Positions 1 through 8,095 of a stretch of DNA of 33,554 bases are shown here, piece by piece. The DNA comes from an uncultured virus (IMG/VR IMGVR_UViG_3300034066_001606) (lineage: Duplodnaviria; Heunggongvirae; Uroviricota; Caudoviricetes), in the IMG/VR virus record IMGVR_UViG_3300034066_001606; one strand, written 5' to 3'. Position numbers and translations under genes: made by a program. Every line of letters starts with the position of its first letter. Position 1 is the first letter of the stretch. Under the pieces are notes generated by a model. The model ran no database searches, had not been told where the DNA came from, and saw nothing but the letters and a program-made list of their open reading frames with translations.

Positions 1-1
1 T

Positions 2-232
2 ATTGGCAATTCATCACCATTATACAAGGGGTTAAGAAATCACCAAAATGGAACTTTCATTAATGGGTACGAAAATTTTGCCGAAGAAGTTTGGGATTTA
101 CTTTATTATCCAATTATAGGTGATACCATAGTTCCACCTCCACCAATAGAAACATTTTTAATTAAAACTTCTGATAACGACTTATTAAATGCCAACCAAC
201 CAGACCCTATTCAAACACATGTACCTTATTAA
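2..232 (+). CDS. 3' end of a gene truncated by the window edge; putative baseplate/structural protein (possibly the N-terminal part of a split gene)
   Basis: Frame 2 is open from position 2 to TAA at 230-232: IGNSSPLYKGLRNHQNGTFINGYENFAEEVWDLLYYPIIGDTIVPPPP...HVPY*. It is absent from the ORF track because there is no start in the window. Function is inferred from context. Confidence 0.7.
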   Translation: MGNSSPLYKGLRNHQNGTFINGYENFAEEVWDLLYYPIIGDTIVPPPPIETFLIKTSDNDLLNANQPDPIQTHVPY

Positions 233-1752
233 AACACAAAAGAAATGGATAAAAAAGTAAACCAATTACCTGTCGCAACTACTCCACTTAGTTTAACTGA
301 CGACCTATTTATTGTCGCAAAATTGCCGAATCCAGGTGAAGCATACTATATTGATTTTGGAACACTTGTGACACAAATATTATTAGCTTCAACAAACAAT
401 GGTTCAAAACTATATTATGTTGATGCAAATTCAACCGTCGTTGGAGATGGTAGTGTACTTAAACCATTTCAAACATTAGATGAGGCTAGGTCAGCTATAA
501 TCGGAACTGGAACACAATCGGCTCCACAATTTACAAATGTGGGTGTTATGGTTGCTTCAGCTTCATACACAACAGCTTTGAATTTATGGATAACTAATAC
601 TAGTTGGATATTTGCCGATGGTGCTATTGTTGTATATACTGGAACTGGACATTTGTTTGATTCTTCAGTGTATCCAAATGAATTAAGTGGTAGATTCATT
701 GTTGCAGGAGGAGCCATATTTAGAACTAATACTGGGGGCATTGTCAGAAATGAAGGTGGCGTAACATCGACAAACTTTGTTGATAATAAAGTTTTTTTAA
801 TTGAAGCATACCAAATGATAAGCACTAAAATTAGTGCAAACCCAGATGATACACCGCTGATATTGCATAACAGAATTACTGGAACTGGATATTCACCAAT
901 ATCAACCTACATACAAATCAGAAGAAATGGCACTATTAGCAGTTACAATCAACATTGTGTGCATGTTATCAATGGTGGTACTTTTTCATTATCCAGTGAA
1001 GAGGGTGGTGAAAATTATTTAATATATGGTTTGAATTCTATAACTGGAGCATATACTGGAGGTGTCGTAGGTGGAAGATGTGTGCTGTACGAAAATACTG
1101 ATGCTACAACTAGAAAGTATTATGCAACTTGTAACATAGCCAACTTCAATGTTATTGGAATAAATTGTTTAAGTGAAATTCACATAGAGGGTAATTTCAA
1201 TAATATTGAACTTAGAAATTTAAGCTTCACCGATGCTGGACCGATACCCACTCACCCAACTTATTGCATAACGATTGGTGATATCACAGCGGTGTATAAT
1301 ATTAATGCTTATTTCATTTTCTTGATAAAAAATTGTAGAGTATTAAGAAACCCTTGTACAGATCCAAATTTGATATTCTTTGTTGGGGCAACAACTACAG
1401 ACCTAGTTGAAATTCAAAATTGCATATTTATGAATGGCTACTTTGTTGATCCAAATATTTTTATTGGTGCTAACAGCAATTTCAACCAACCAATTTCATG
1501 TGTAAATATTTTCAATGGGTTGCTAAATATGGCAAACATTCCAGTTTACAATGACAATGCTGATGCGGTTGCAAATGGCTTACTTCCAGGAGATATTTAC
1601 AACATTAGCGTTAGTGGTGCTAATCAATTAGCAATTGTTGTTTAGATATAGATGTATTTAATAAAAAACGTAAACACAAAAAATGCAACAATATTTTTTA
1701 AATTACCAACTTGAACAATATGTAAACCCAAATCCAACAATGGTAATAGGTG
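116..1752 (+). mobile_element. Candidate integrated/excisable 1630-nt cassette bounded by ATAGGTG direct repeats and 10-nt imperfect inverted repeats
   Basis: ATAGGTG at 116-122 and 1746-1752, both starting on an Ile-Gly codon boundary. TACCATAGTT (124-133) is the 9/10 reverse complement of AACAATGGTA (1736-1745). No recombinase or transposase in the window. Confidence 0.45.
245..1645 (+). CDS. Putative tail fibre/tailspike-like protein (beta-helix-like body)
   Basis: N-terminus MDKKVNQLPVATT..DDLFIV resembles fibre attachment segments. The body is G/N/T/I-rich beta-type sequence. The C-terminal IPVYNDNADAVANGLLPGDIY motif resembles ends of Bacteroidota fibre-like proteins. It lies in the tail module. 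Confidence 0.55.
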   Translation: MDKKVNQLPVATTPLSLTDDLFIVAKLPNPGEAYYIDFGTLVTQILLASTNNGSKLYYVDANSTVVGDGSVLKPFQTLDEARSAIIGTGTQSAPQFTNVGVMVASASYTTALNLWITNTSWIFADGAIVVYTGTGHLFDSSVYPNELSGRFIVAGGAIFRTNTGGIVRNEGGVTSTNFVDNKVFLIEAYQMISTKISANPDDTPLILHNRITGTGYSPISTYIQIRRNGTISSYNQHCVHVINGGTFSLSSEEGGENYLIYGLNSITGAYTGGVVGGRCVLYENTDATTRKYYATCNIANFNVIGINCLSEIHIEGNFNNIELRNLSFTDAGPIPTHPTYCITIGDITAVYNINAYFIFLIKNCRVLRNPCTDPNLIFFVGATTTDLVEIQNCIFMNGYFVDPNIFIGANSNFNQPISCVNIFNGLLNMANIPVYNDNADAVANGLLPGDIYNISVSGANQLAIVV

Positions 1753-2423
1753 GTGTTTCAATTGTTACACAAGATTTGCCAATGGGTTTAGGTCAAGGTA
1801 GGGTAATGCAAATTGAACCTGGAAGTGGGTTTGGATTTGAAAGTGTTGAAATTAGCAAGAAATGGTTTATGAAGGTTGACCCATTTATAGATTACGAAAT
1901 TAGTTTTTGGTTTAAACAAGACGTTGTGACACCTTGTTGGTTTTTAAGGGTTCATGCCTTTGATTGTGGCGATAACGAATTAGATACATACAATATTACC
2001 AATGGTGCTGTAGAAAATACTTTTGTTGGTTACGACCAAGTTATAGTTGAAGCTGAAAATTGGTATTTTGCTCGTTATATTTTGTATGGTGCAAACGAAA
2101 ACATACAATTCGGTCTACAGCCTTATACAAGTCTAAGTGTGGGTAAAAATTTGAAGATGAACAAAAAGACATCACAAATTTTAGTTGATTTAGCAACATT
2201 TTTAACCGATGAATTTAATACAAAAATTTTAATGTACAATTTTAAAGTAAAGCCGTTAAGGACTCCATTTAGTAGAGGTCATGTTCAGGGTAGCGACTTA
2301 CTTGTAAATTGGAGAAAAAACAATAGTGAGAAATTTACCGAAAAGCAAGTTGACGATTTAGCTACAGATTTCTTATTTCCGTACAATACAGCAAACAAAT
2401 CAATCAATTTAATTAAACAATAG
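1683..2423 (+). CDS. Putative baseplate/structural protein (possibly the C-terminal part of a split gene)
   Basis: 246-aa ORF with an A-rich leader and carbohydrate-binding-like beta-sandwich pattern (VDPFIDYEISFWFKQ, WYFARYIL, YNFKVKPL). It sits between tail genes. Confidence 0.55.
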   Translation: MQQYFLNYQLEQYVNPNPTMVIGGVSIVTQDLPMGLGQGRVMQIEPGSGFGFESVEISKKWFMKVDPFIDYEISFWFKQDVVTPCWFLRVHAFDCGDNELDTYNITNGAVENTFVGYDQVIVEAENWYFARYILYGANENIQFGLQPYTSLSVGKNLKMNKKTSQILVDLATFLTDEFNTKILMYNFKVKPLRTPFSRGHVQGSDLLVNWRKNNSEKFTEKQVDDLATDFLFPYNTANKSINLIKQ

Positions 2424-2426
2424 CAC

Positions 2427-4466
2427 ATGTCATATTTAAAAATAAATGAAGAAATTTTTCTAGAAAAAGCCGAGCTCAGCAGATTTGAGCAAGGTTTGCG
2501 TGATAATGGTTTTGTTTTCGATAAGAAAACAGATACGGCAATGTGGGGCATTATTAGAAATAAATTTTACGATCCAAACTTTGATTTTCTTAAAATAGTT
2601 GACACAGCCAATTCAAACAAATTCAGAATTCAAAACGGCTTCGCATTTGATATTGATAGGCTTGTTATAAAGTGGAATAATGGAGATAAGGATATTACCA
2701 TACCAACTTCAAGTCAAAAGTATTGGATAAAAATTTCACACGAATATTCAAACATAGAAGAAGGATATGTTAGCGTTGGTGGCGCAAATAAAAGTTTGAT
2801 AAATGGCGTTGGAACCAAGTTTACAGAAATACTTAGAGGTCAACCCAATTTTCCAAGTAGAATCAAATTCACAAACAGCCAATATTACACATTGGAGTAT
2901 GAAATACTTGAAGTAATTGACGACAACAATGTTTTAGTGCAAGGTATATTTGATACCCTTGAGGCAGATTTGCAATTCATTGTGGTTGGTTCTTTTACTC
3001 CAGGAGTTCAAGTTTTACCATTACATAAAAACATTTTCATGTACGATAGCTGTAAAATGGAAATGATACTTGATAACGGCTTCACTCCACCTACAATATT
3101 CGGTAAGGAATTTATACTAGGTAGCGTTTACTACGATACAAATGGTATATTAATTGAAGACTATAGGTGGAATTTTGTACATGAAGATTTTACACATCGT
3201 AAAGTCGATGATATAAGCGCAATTGATAAATTGGTTGGTATAGAATCTGTTAAGAAAATAGGTGTCCCAAATACAGATAGCTATGTTTATATTGTAAACT
3301 TTGATTTTAAATTCAATATCACAGGTGAGGTTCAAAACAATTTCAACAGCACTATACATATTAACAATGGATATGGTGGTGTTTGGACTGGAACTTCTGA
3401 GTTTGTTGATGGTGATTTTGACAATTGGAGATATTACTACCAAGATGGTAATTATAGCACAATTTTGAAAAGCTATATTAATCAGGGAACCATAGTTTTA
3501 ATTGTTGATAGTGTAAGGTTGGGGAGTGGTGTTGGCACTTGCATTACACCAAATTGTGAAGACATTAAAATATTGATGAAAATGGTAAACGACACTGAAA
3601 CATCCACGTTGTTTACTAGAACTGAATACTTTCCAATTAATTGTACCACTCCAACCATAATGATTAATAAGGATGAGGTAGTTTTTGAAAACCAAATTTT
3701 CCAATTGTATTTTGTTCTTAAAAATCATTTTAAGTATAATAATGAAACTAGGTTTTACGAAAACGAATACTACAATGAATTGGCTTATAGTTTGAGTGGT
3801 GTTTTAACAGACCCAACTAAAACGACAACTAGTTCAAATGTAATTTTGCAAAATACAATTTCAAGTAGTCAAAAATATTTTCCACTTAGATGTCCAATTA
3901 GTTGGTATCCAGAAACTACAGCACAAATTTCAACTTATTTTGATGCAACTGGATTAGGTGTTACAAACAACATATTTACTGGATGGGCAATTTGCAATGG
4001 TCAGAATACGACGCCTGATATGAGAGGTAGAATGATTATTGGTACTGTCAACAACATACAAGGTACAAGTCCGTTGGGTGTTGATGTTGACCCATTGACT
4101 CCTGGAGTTACAAACTTTAGCTTCGGTGATATTGGCGGTAAACAAAAAGTTGCATTGGCAATATCTGAAATGCCTAGCCATGACCATGGAGGTGCAACTG
4201 GAAACGATGGTGGTCATACCCACAACCTCACTGATCCAGGACATACGCATAATATGTTAGGTCAAAATGGTATAGGTGGTTTGGCTAGGGTTAGAACTGG
4301 AAATGGTAACACATCACCGAGCGTAACTACGGATAGTGCGACAACTGGAATTTCAATTGATTCTGTAGCTGACCATGCTCACTCCATAAACGGTCAGGGC
4401 GGTGGCGACAAACATGAAAATTTACCAACTTATATAAGTTTGGTTTGGATAATGAGAATAAACTAA
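2427..4466 (+). CDS. Baseplate/tail-fibre protein with C-terminal tail-collar domain and His-x-His metal-binding tip
   Basis: Collar motif GWAICNGQNTTPDMRGRMIIG, then GG..KVALAISEMPSHDH, HTH, HTH, HAH and HENLPTYISLVWIMR, as in T4 gp10/gp12/gp37-type C-termini. Confidence 0.8.
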   Translation: MSYLKINEEIFLEKAELSRFEQGLRDNGFVFDKKTDTAMWGIIRNKFYDPNFDFLKIVDTANSNKFRIQNGFAFDIDRLVIKWNNGDKDITIPTSSQKYWIKISHEYSNIEEGYVSVGGANKSLINGVGTKFTEILRGQPNFPSRIKFTNSQYYTLEYEILEVIDDNNVLVQGIFDTLEADLQFIVVGSFTPGVQVLPLHKNIFMYDSCKMEMILDNGFTPPTIFGKEFILGSVYYDTNGILIEDYRWNFVHEDFTHRKVDDISAIDKLVGIESVKKIGVPNTDSYVYIVNFDFKFNITGEVQNNFNSTIHINNGYGGVWTGTSEFVDGDFDNWRYYYQDGNYSTILKSYINQGTIVLIVDSVRLGSGVGTCITPNCEDIKILMKMVNDTETSTLFTRTEYFPINCTTPTIMINKDEVVFENQIFQLYFVLKNHFKYNNETRFYENEYYNELAYSLSGVLTDPTKTTTSSNVILQNTISSSQKYFPLRCPISWYPETTAQISTYFDATGLGVTNNIFTGWAICNGQNTTPDMRGRMIIGTVNNIQGTSPLGVDVDPLTPGVTNFSFGDIGGKQKVALAISEMPSHDHGGATGNDGGHTHNLTDPGHTHNMLGQNGIGGLARVRTGNGNTSPSVTTDSATTGISIDSVADHAHSINGQGGGDKHENLPTYISLVWIMRIN

Positions 4467-4478
4467 AAACAATGACAA

Positions 4479-5024
4479 ATGGCAATAGAAATTTATTATT
4501 CTGGTGCAGAAACACCGCTAGGGGTACAAACAGAGGCATTTAATAGCATAGGTGGCTACATTAGCAGTAGTAAAATTCCCAATGGTTCAAGTAAGAATTT
4601 ATTTGGTGACATCAGCTATCTGAACAGACTTAATAAGCAGTCGCAATACAGATTAATAGTTTTAAAGGTAGTTGGTGATACAACCAATATTAGAGTTGGT
4701 ATAATTAACAATGAGCCAATGAGCTACTCCATACAACTAGGTTTTATATCACCCAACAACCAATTAGCTTTTGAAAAGTTGGCTAACAATGCTTCTAAAC
4801 CATTGTATACAGAAATGGAAGGTGTATTGTATATGGATGACATAAACGATATTGTGAATTTGTTTACCATTGGCAACAAAGCAGATGGATCTTATATTGG
4901 GTTGTGGGTAAACAGAAATGTTTTCAAATCACCTACAATAGAAAACCCATGCGAACACTTTTCAGAAATAGAGGCTGACACAAATACAACTAGGGGTTTT
5001 AATATAATAATAAGGCACGACTAG
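4479..5024 (+). CDS. Hypothetical protein, probable virion structural protein
   Basis: 181-aa ORF, last gene of the tail operon before a terminator. Contains the motif NSIGGYISSSKIPN..NLFGDIS. Confidence 0.5.
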   Translation: MAIEIYYSGAETPLGVQTEAFNSIGGYISSSKIPNGSSKNLFGDISYLNRLNKQSQYRLIVLKVVGDTTNIRVGIINNEPMSYSIQLGFISPNNQLAFEKLANNASKPLYTEMEGVLYMDDINDIVNLFTIGNKADGSYIGLWVNRNVFKSPTIENPCEHFSEIEADTNTTRGFNIIIRHD

Positions 5025-5091
5025 TTTAATTTCAAGTCCTCATATTTTAATAATATACCATTTAACATACAAACTATAGCAAACTTAAATT

Positions 5092-5120
5092 TAGAGCCTT
5101 AAAATGGCTCTATTTTTTTT
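5092..5120 (+). terminator. Rho-independent terminator ending the structural module
   Basis: TAGAGCC-ttaaaat-GGCTCTA perfect 7-bp stem followed by T8. Confidence 0.85.
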
Positions 5121-5163
5121 CTTTAATTTTCATTTTTATAGTTGAATTATGTGAATTATTTTA

Positions 5164-5171
5164 GATAGTTA
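5164..5171 (+). promoter_or_regulatory. GAWWGTTA motif (candidate phage promoter)
   Basis: GATAGTTA in the gap upstream of the replication module. The same motif recurs in other intergenic gaps. Confidence 0.5.
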
Positions 5172-5255
5172 CAAGGGGGTAGGGGGATTAGTGCTTCATC
5201 TGCTTCATCAGTGAGAAGAAGTGAATAATAATAGAAGTAATTAAATGAATGTACA

Positions 5256-5495
5256 ATGTTAGATAAAATATTAGTTTGGTTTCCAGAAAAAGGGCTTTTA
5301 AAAGCTGATGGCTTTGATGAAGCAATTATTGGGATAGAAGAAAGTAGCATGAGGTTAATTTATTCTGTATCCAAATGTATTGAAATATTGGAAAAGCAAA
5401 TGAGCAAGGAAGAAGCGGTTGAACATTTTAATTTTAATGTAAGCGGTGCATACGTTGGTGAAAAGACACCAATATGGTGCATTGATAATCTATAA
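5256..5495 (+). CDS. Conserved phage hypothetical protein
   Basis: Pattern ADGFDEAIIG...IYSVSKCIEIL...EEAVEHFNFNVSGAYVGEKTP matches a widespread small phage protein family of unknown function. Confidence 0.7.
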   Translation: MLDKILVWFPEKGLLKADGFDEAIIGIEESSMRLIYSVSKCIEILEKQMSKEEAVEHFNFNVSGAYVGEKTPIWCIDNL

Positions 5496-5497
5496 TT

Positions 5498-5920
5498 ATG
5501 GTATATACAGCTTATTGTGATGGTGCAAGTTCAAAGAATGGTGATGGTGGCATAGGGTGTTTACTTTTTGATGCTGATAACCAAGTTAAAATATTTTCAA
5601 AGTATTACCCGAACACTACCAACAACAGAATGGAATTGACTTCAGCCATTGAAGTTTTAAAAATGGTAAAAAAATGCGACGAAGTTAATCTGTTTTCTGA
5701 CAGCCAATACATAGTTAAGCCATTTACAGAGGGGTGGATAATTGATTGGCTAAATAGAGACCTAGAAGACGTTAAGAATGCTGATTTGTGGGTTTTACTA
5801 CTTGAAGAATACACTAGGTTAAACAAGAAAGTTAATTTTAATTGGGTTAAGGGGCATAGTAATAATTTATTCAACAACATTGTTGACAAATTGGCATTTA
5901 AAGCAAAACAAAATGATTAA
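5498..5920 (+). CDS. rnhA: Ribonuclease HI
   Basis: YCDGA, TTNNRMELT, SDSQY, KNADLW, WVKGH and N..VDKLA give the complete DEDD RNase H motif set. Confidence 0.95.
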   Translation: MVYTAYCDGASSKNGDGGIGCLLFDADNQVKIFSKYYPNTTNNRMELTSAIEVLKMVKKCDEVNLFSDSQYIVKPFTEGWIIDWLNRDLEDVKNADLWVLLLEEYTRLNKKVNFNWVKGHSNNLFNNIVDKLAFKAKQND

Positions 5921-7466
5921 AATAACTAGGTTAAATATAAGAGAGTATGGCTATGAATACACATTTCTATCTGAAAAACTTGCAATAGAAAAAAGTTTAT
6001 CATTTGTGTTTAAGGGTAGTCATTATAGTCCATTAGTTAAGGAAGGTAAATGGGATGGGTATAATAGATATTTTAATAAAAACAATGAATCTTTTTCGGT
6101 AGGTATGTTAAACATAGTTATTGAAAATTTGCAAAATAAAAAAATTGATTTTGGAGTAAACGAAAAAAACTTTGCGGTATCAAATTTAGTTAAAGCCGAC
6201 ATAGGCGACAATATGATGGAGCACCAAAAAGAAGCATTGCTTAAAATATTCAAGGAAAGGTTTGGTATAGTTAAGTCTCCAGTTAGAAGTGGTAAGACTT
6301 ACATATTTAGCGAGTTTTGTAGAATAGCATTAAGTAAAAACAAGAATGAAAGAATATTGTTTATTACAGATGGTGCAAGTTTGTTTGAGCAAAGCCTGAA
6401 CGACATAAATAGTTTCCTATTTAAGCATGGAATTAATGTTGGTGGCATTAGGGGTAAAAGGTTTGAGCAATGTCATGTCGTGGTTGCCACAATACAGACG
6501 TTGGAAGTAATACTGAATGGGAAATCTAGGGGTATTGACAAAATTGAAGATGCTGAAATTAAGAAAATTACACTAAAAGAAAGGAATGCTAGAAAACGAA
6601 TATTGCTTAATTACTTTAGTGGTGTTACTAGTCTATTTGTGGACGAGTGCCACGAGCAAACGAGCACTAGTAGAATTTCAATAATAGAAAAACTACAAAA
6701 GAACCAACTAAACTACAACATATTTTTAAGTGCTACTCCCTTTAAAAGCGAGGATTTGAAGGGTAAATTGAACATGATGCAAATGGGTGGTGATGTAATT
6801 TTTGAAATGGAAGAAGAAGAACTAAAGGAGAGGGGGGTATTAAGTAGGGATGCGGTTTGCTTGATTTACATAAACCACGATTTAAACAAAAATATAGAAA
6901 TAGAAGAGGGCGAAATGTACCGAGCATACGAAAAGCAAGTATTGACACACAACATACACAGAAACATGCTAATTACGACGGTTGTAGAGATGTGTAATCG
7001 GTTTAATTTGAAGACGTTGGTGTTATTTGTAATAAAGCAACATGGTCAGTATTTGAGTAACATGACTGGCTATGAATTCCTAGATGGTAGCTTCAGCATT
7101 AAGCAAAGAATTGCAATTACAGCCAAGTTCCTAAAGAGCATTGGTGGGGTGCTACTTGCAAGTAACATATTTAAGAAAGGCATTACACTACCTGAAGTAG
7201 AAGTTATGATAAATGCTGGAGGTGGCTTAGAAAGGGCAAATGTAACACAGAAAAAAGGAAGAGTGTTAGGGGTTACAGCAACCAAAAACAAAGTGCTTAC
7301 AATAGATTTCTTTGACGACTTTAGGTACTTCAAAAAACATGGGGTTAATAGGGTTAAGGAATACGAGGAAAAAGTACCTAGTGAAAACATATTTGTATTT
7401 GATAGTGCAGATAAAGATTTTTTTGTTGACTTAAGAAACTTTATTGAGGATTGGTTTAATAAGTAA
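5913..7466 (+). CDS. Superfamily 2 DNA helicase (UvsW/XPB-like)
   Basis: Walker A SPVRSGKT, VATIQT, DECH, SAT, KGITLP, QKKGRVL. Start moved to ATG 5913, which overlaps the RNase H stop. Confidence 0.9.
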   Translation: MIKITRLNIREYGYEYTFLSEKLAIEKSLSFVFKGSHYSPLVKEGKWDGYNRYFNKNNESFSVGMLNIVIENLQNKKIDFGVNEKNFAVSNLVKADIGDNMMEHQKEALLKIFKERFGIVKSPVRSGKTYIFSEFCRIALSKNKNERILFITDGASLFEQSLNDINSFLFKHGINVGGIRGKRFEQCHVVVATIQTLEVILNGKSRGIDKIEDAEIKKITLKERNARKRILLNYFSGVTSLFVDECHEQTSTSRISIIEKLQKNQLNYNIFLSATPFKSEDLKGKLNMMQMGGDVIFEMEEEELKERGVLSRDAVCLIYINHDLNKNIEIEEGEMYRAYEKQVLTHNIHRNMLITTVVEMCNRFNLKTLVLFVIKQHGQYLSNMTGYEFLDGSFSIKQRIAITAKFLKSIGGVLLASNIFKKGITLPEVEVMINAGGGLERANVTQKKGRVLGVTATKNKVLTIDFFDDFRYFKKHGVNRVKEYEEKVPSENIFVFDSADKDFFVDLRNFIEDWFNK

Positions 7467-7471
7467 AAAAA

Positions 7472-8095
7472 ATGAAACAGCAAGAAATTTATGAAGCGGT
7501 TGTAAAGATATACGAGGAATTATTTAGACAAGTTACTTTGCACGAAAATTGGACTTACCGAGTTAAGGATAGTGATAAGCTTAAAATTGAAAAGTTTTGC
7601 AAGTGGTGTATTAGTTATGGTAAACATGGCGATATGATTAACATAGGTTGGCTAATAAGCTATTTTGAATATCAGTTCAGTAGGTATTCTGGGTTAATGA
7701 CAAAGCGTGGTAAAAACCAAGTATTGATACATTGGCTAATTGGTGAAAAGGCAATAGGTGAATACCTTAAAAGGGATGTTAGGCAAAGTTATGGGTTGAA
7801 AAAAGTTAGAATCAAAACAAGGCTTAACTTGTACAAAATATTTAAGAAGCAACAAGAAGCTGAACAAATTGAGTTGTATGAAGCAATGTCGTTGGATTTA
7901 AATAAAGACGACGAATTGCTAAAGCAAAAGTTTTACAACAAAATTGAGGGGTTAATTTTTTGTGTTGATAATACTACAATGTTTCACCAAAAAAGCAAAT
8001 GGTGTAATGGTTGCAATTTCAGCGACCGTTGCATAGGACAACAGCAAAAACATTTAAAGAGGGTTTATAATATAAGAAAAAAAGCGTATGGCTAA
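7472..8095 (+). CDS. Hypothetical basic protein with C-terminal Cys cluster, coupled to the replicative helicase
   Basis: 207 aa with C..H..WCNGCNFSDRC, a possible Zn site. Overlaps the start of the DnaB-like gene. Confidence 0.6.
   Translation: MKQQEIYEAVVKIYEELFRQVTLHENWTYRVKDSDKLKIEKFCKWCISYGKHGDMINIGWLISYFEYQFSRYSGLMTKRGKNQVLIHWLIGEKAIGEYLKRDVRQSYGLKKVRIKTRLNLYKIFKKQQEAEQIELYEAMSLDLNKDDELLKQKFYNKIEGLIFCVDNTTMFHQKSKWCNGCNFSDRCIGQQQKHLKRVYNIRKKAYG

Noticed and set aside
120..1749. GT...AG boundaries suggesting a spliceosomal intron, or a group I/II intron
   Set aside because: GT-AG arises automatically from the AGGT in the direct repeat. The interval is nearly filled by coding sequence, with no room for a ribozyme core and no homing endonuclease or RT.
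5025..5255. tRNA or known ncRNA in the large intergenic gap
   Set aside because: No cloverleaf, T-loop GTTCRA or other recognisable RNA family signature.
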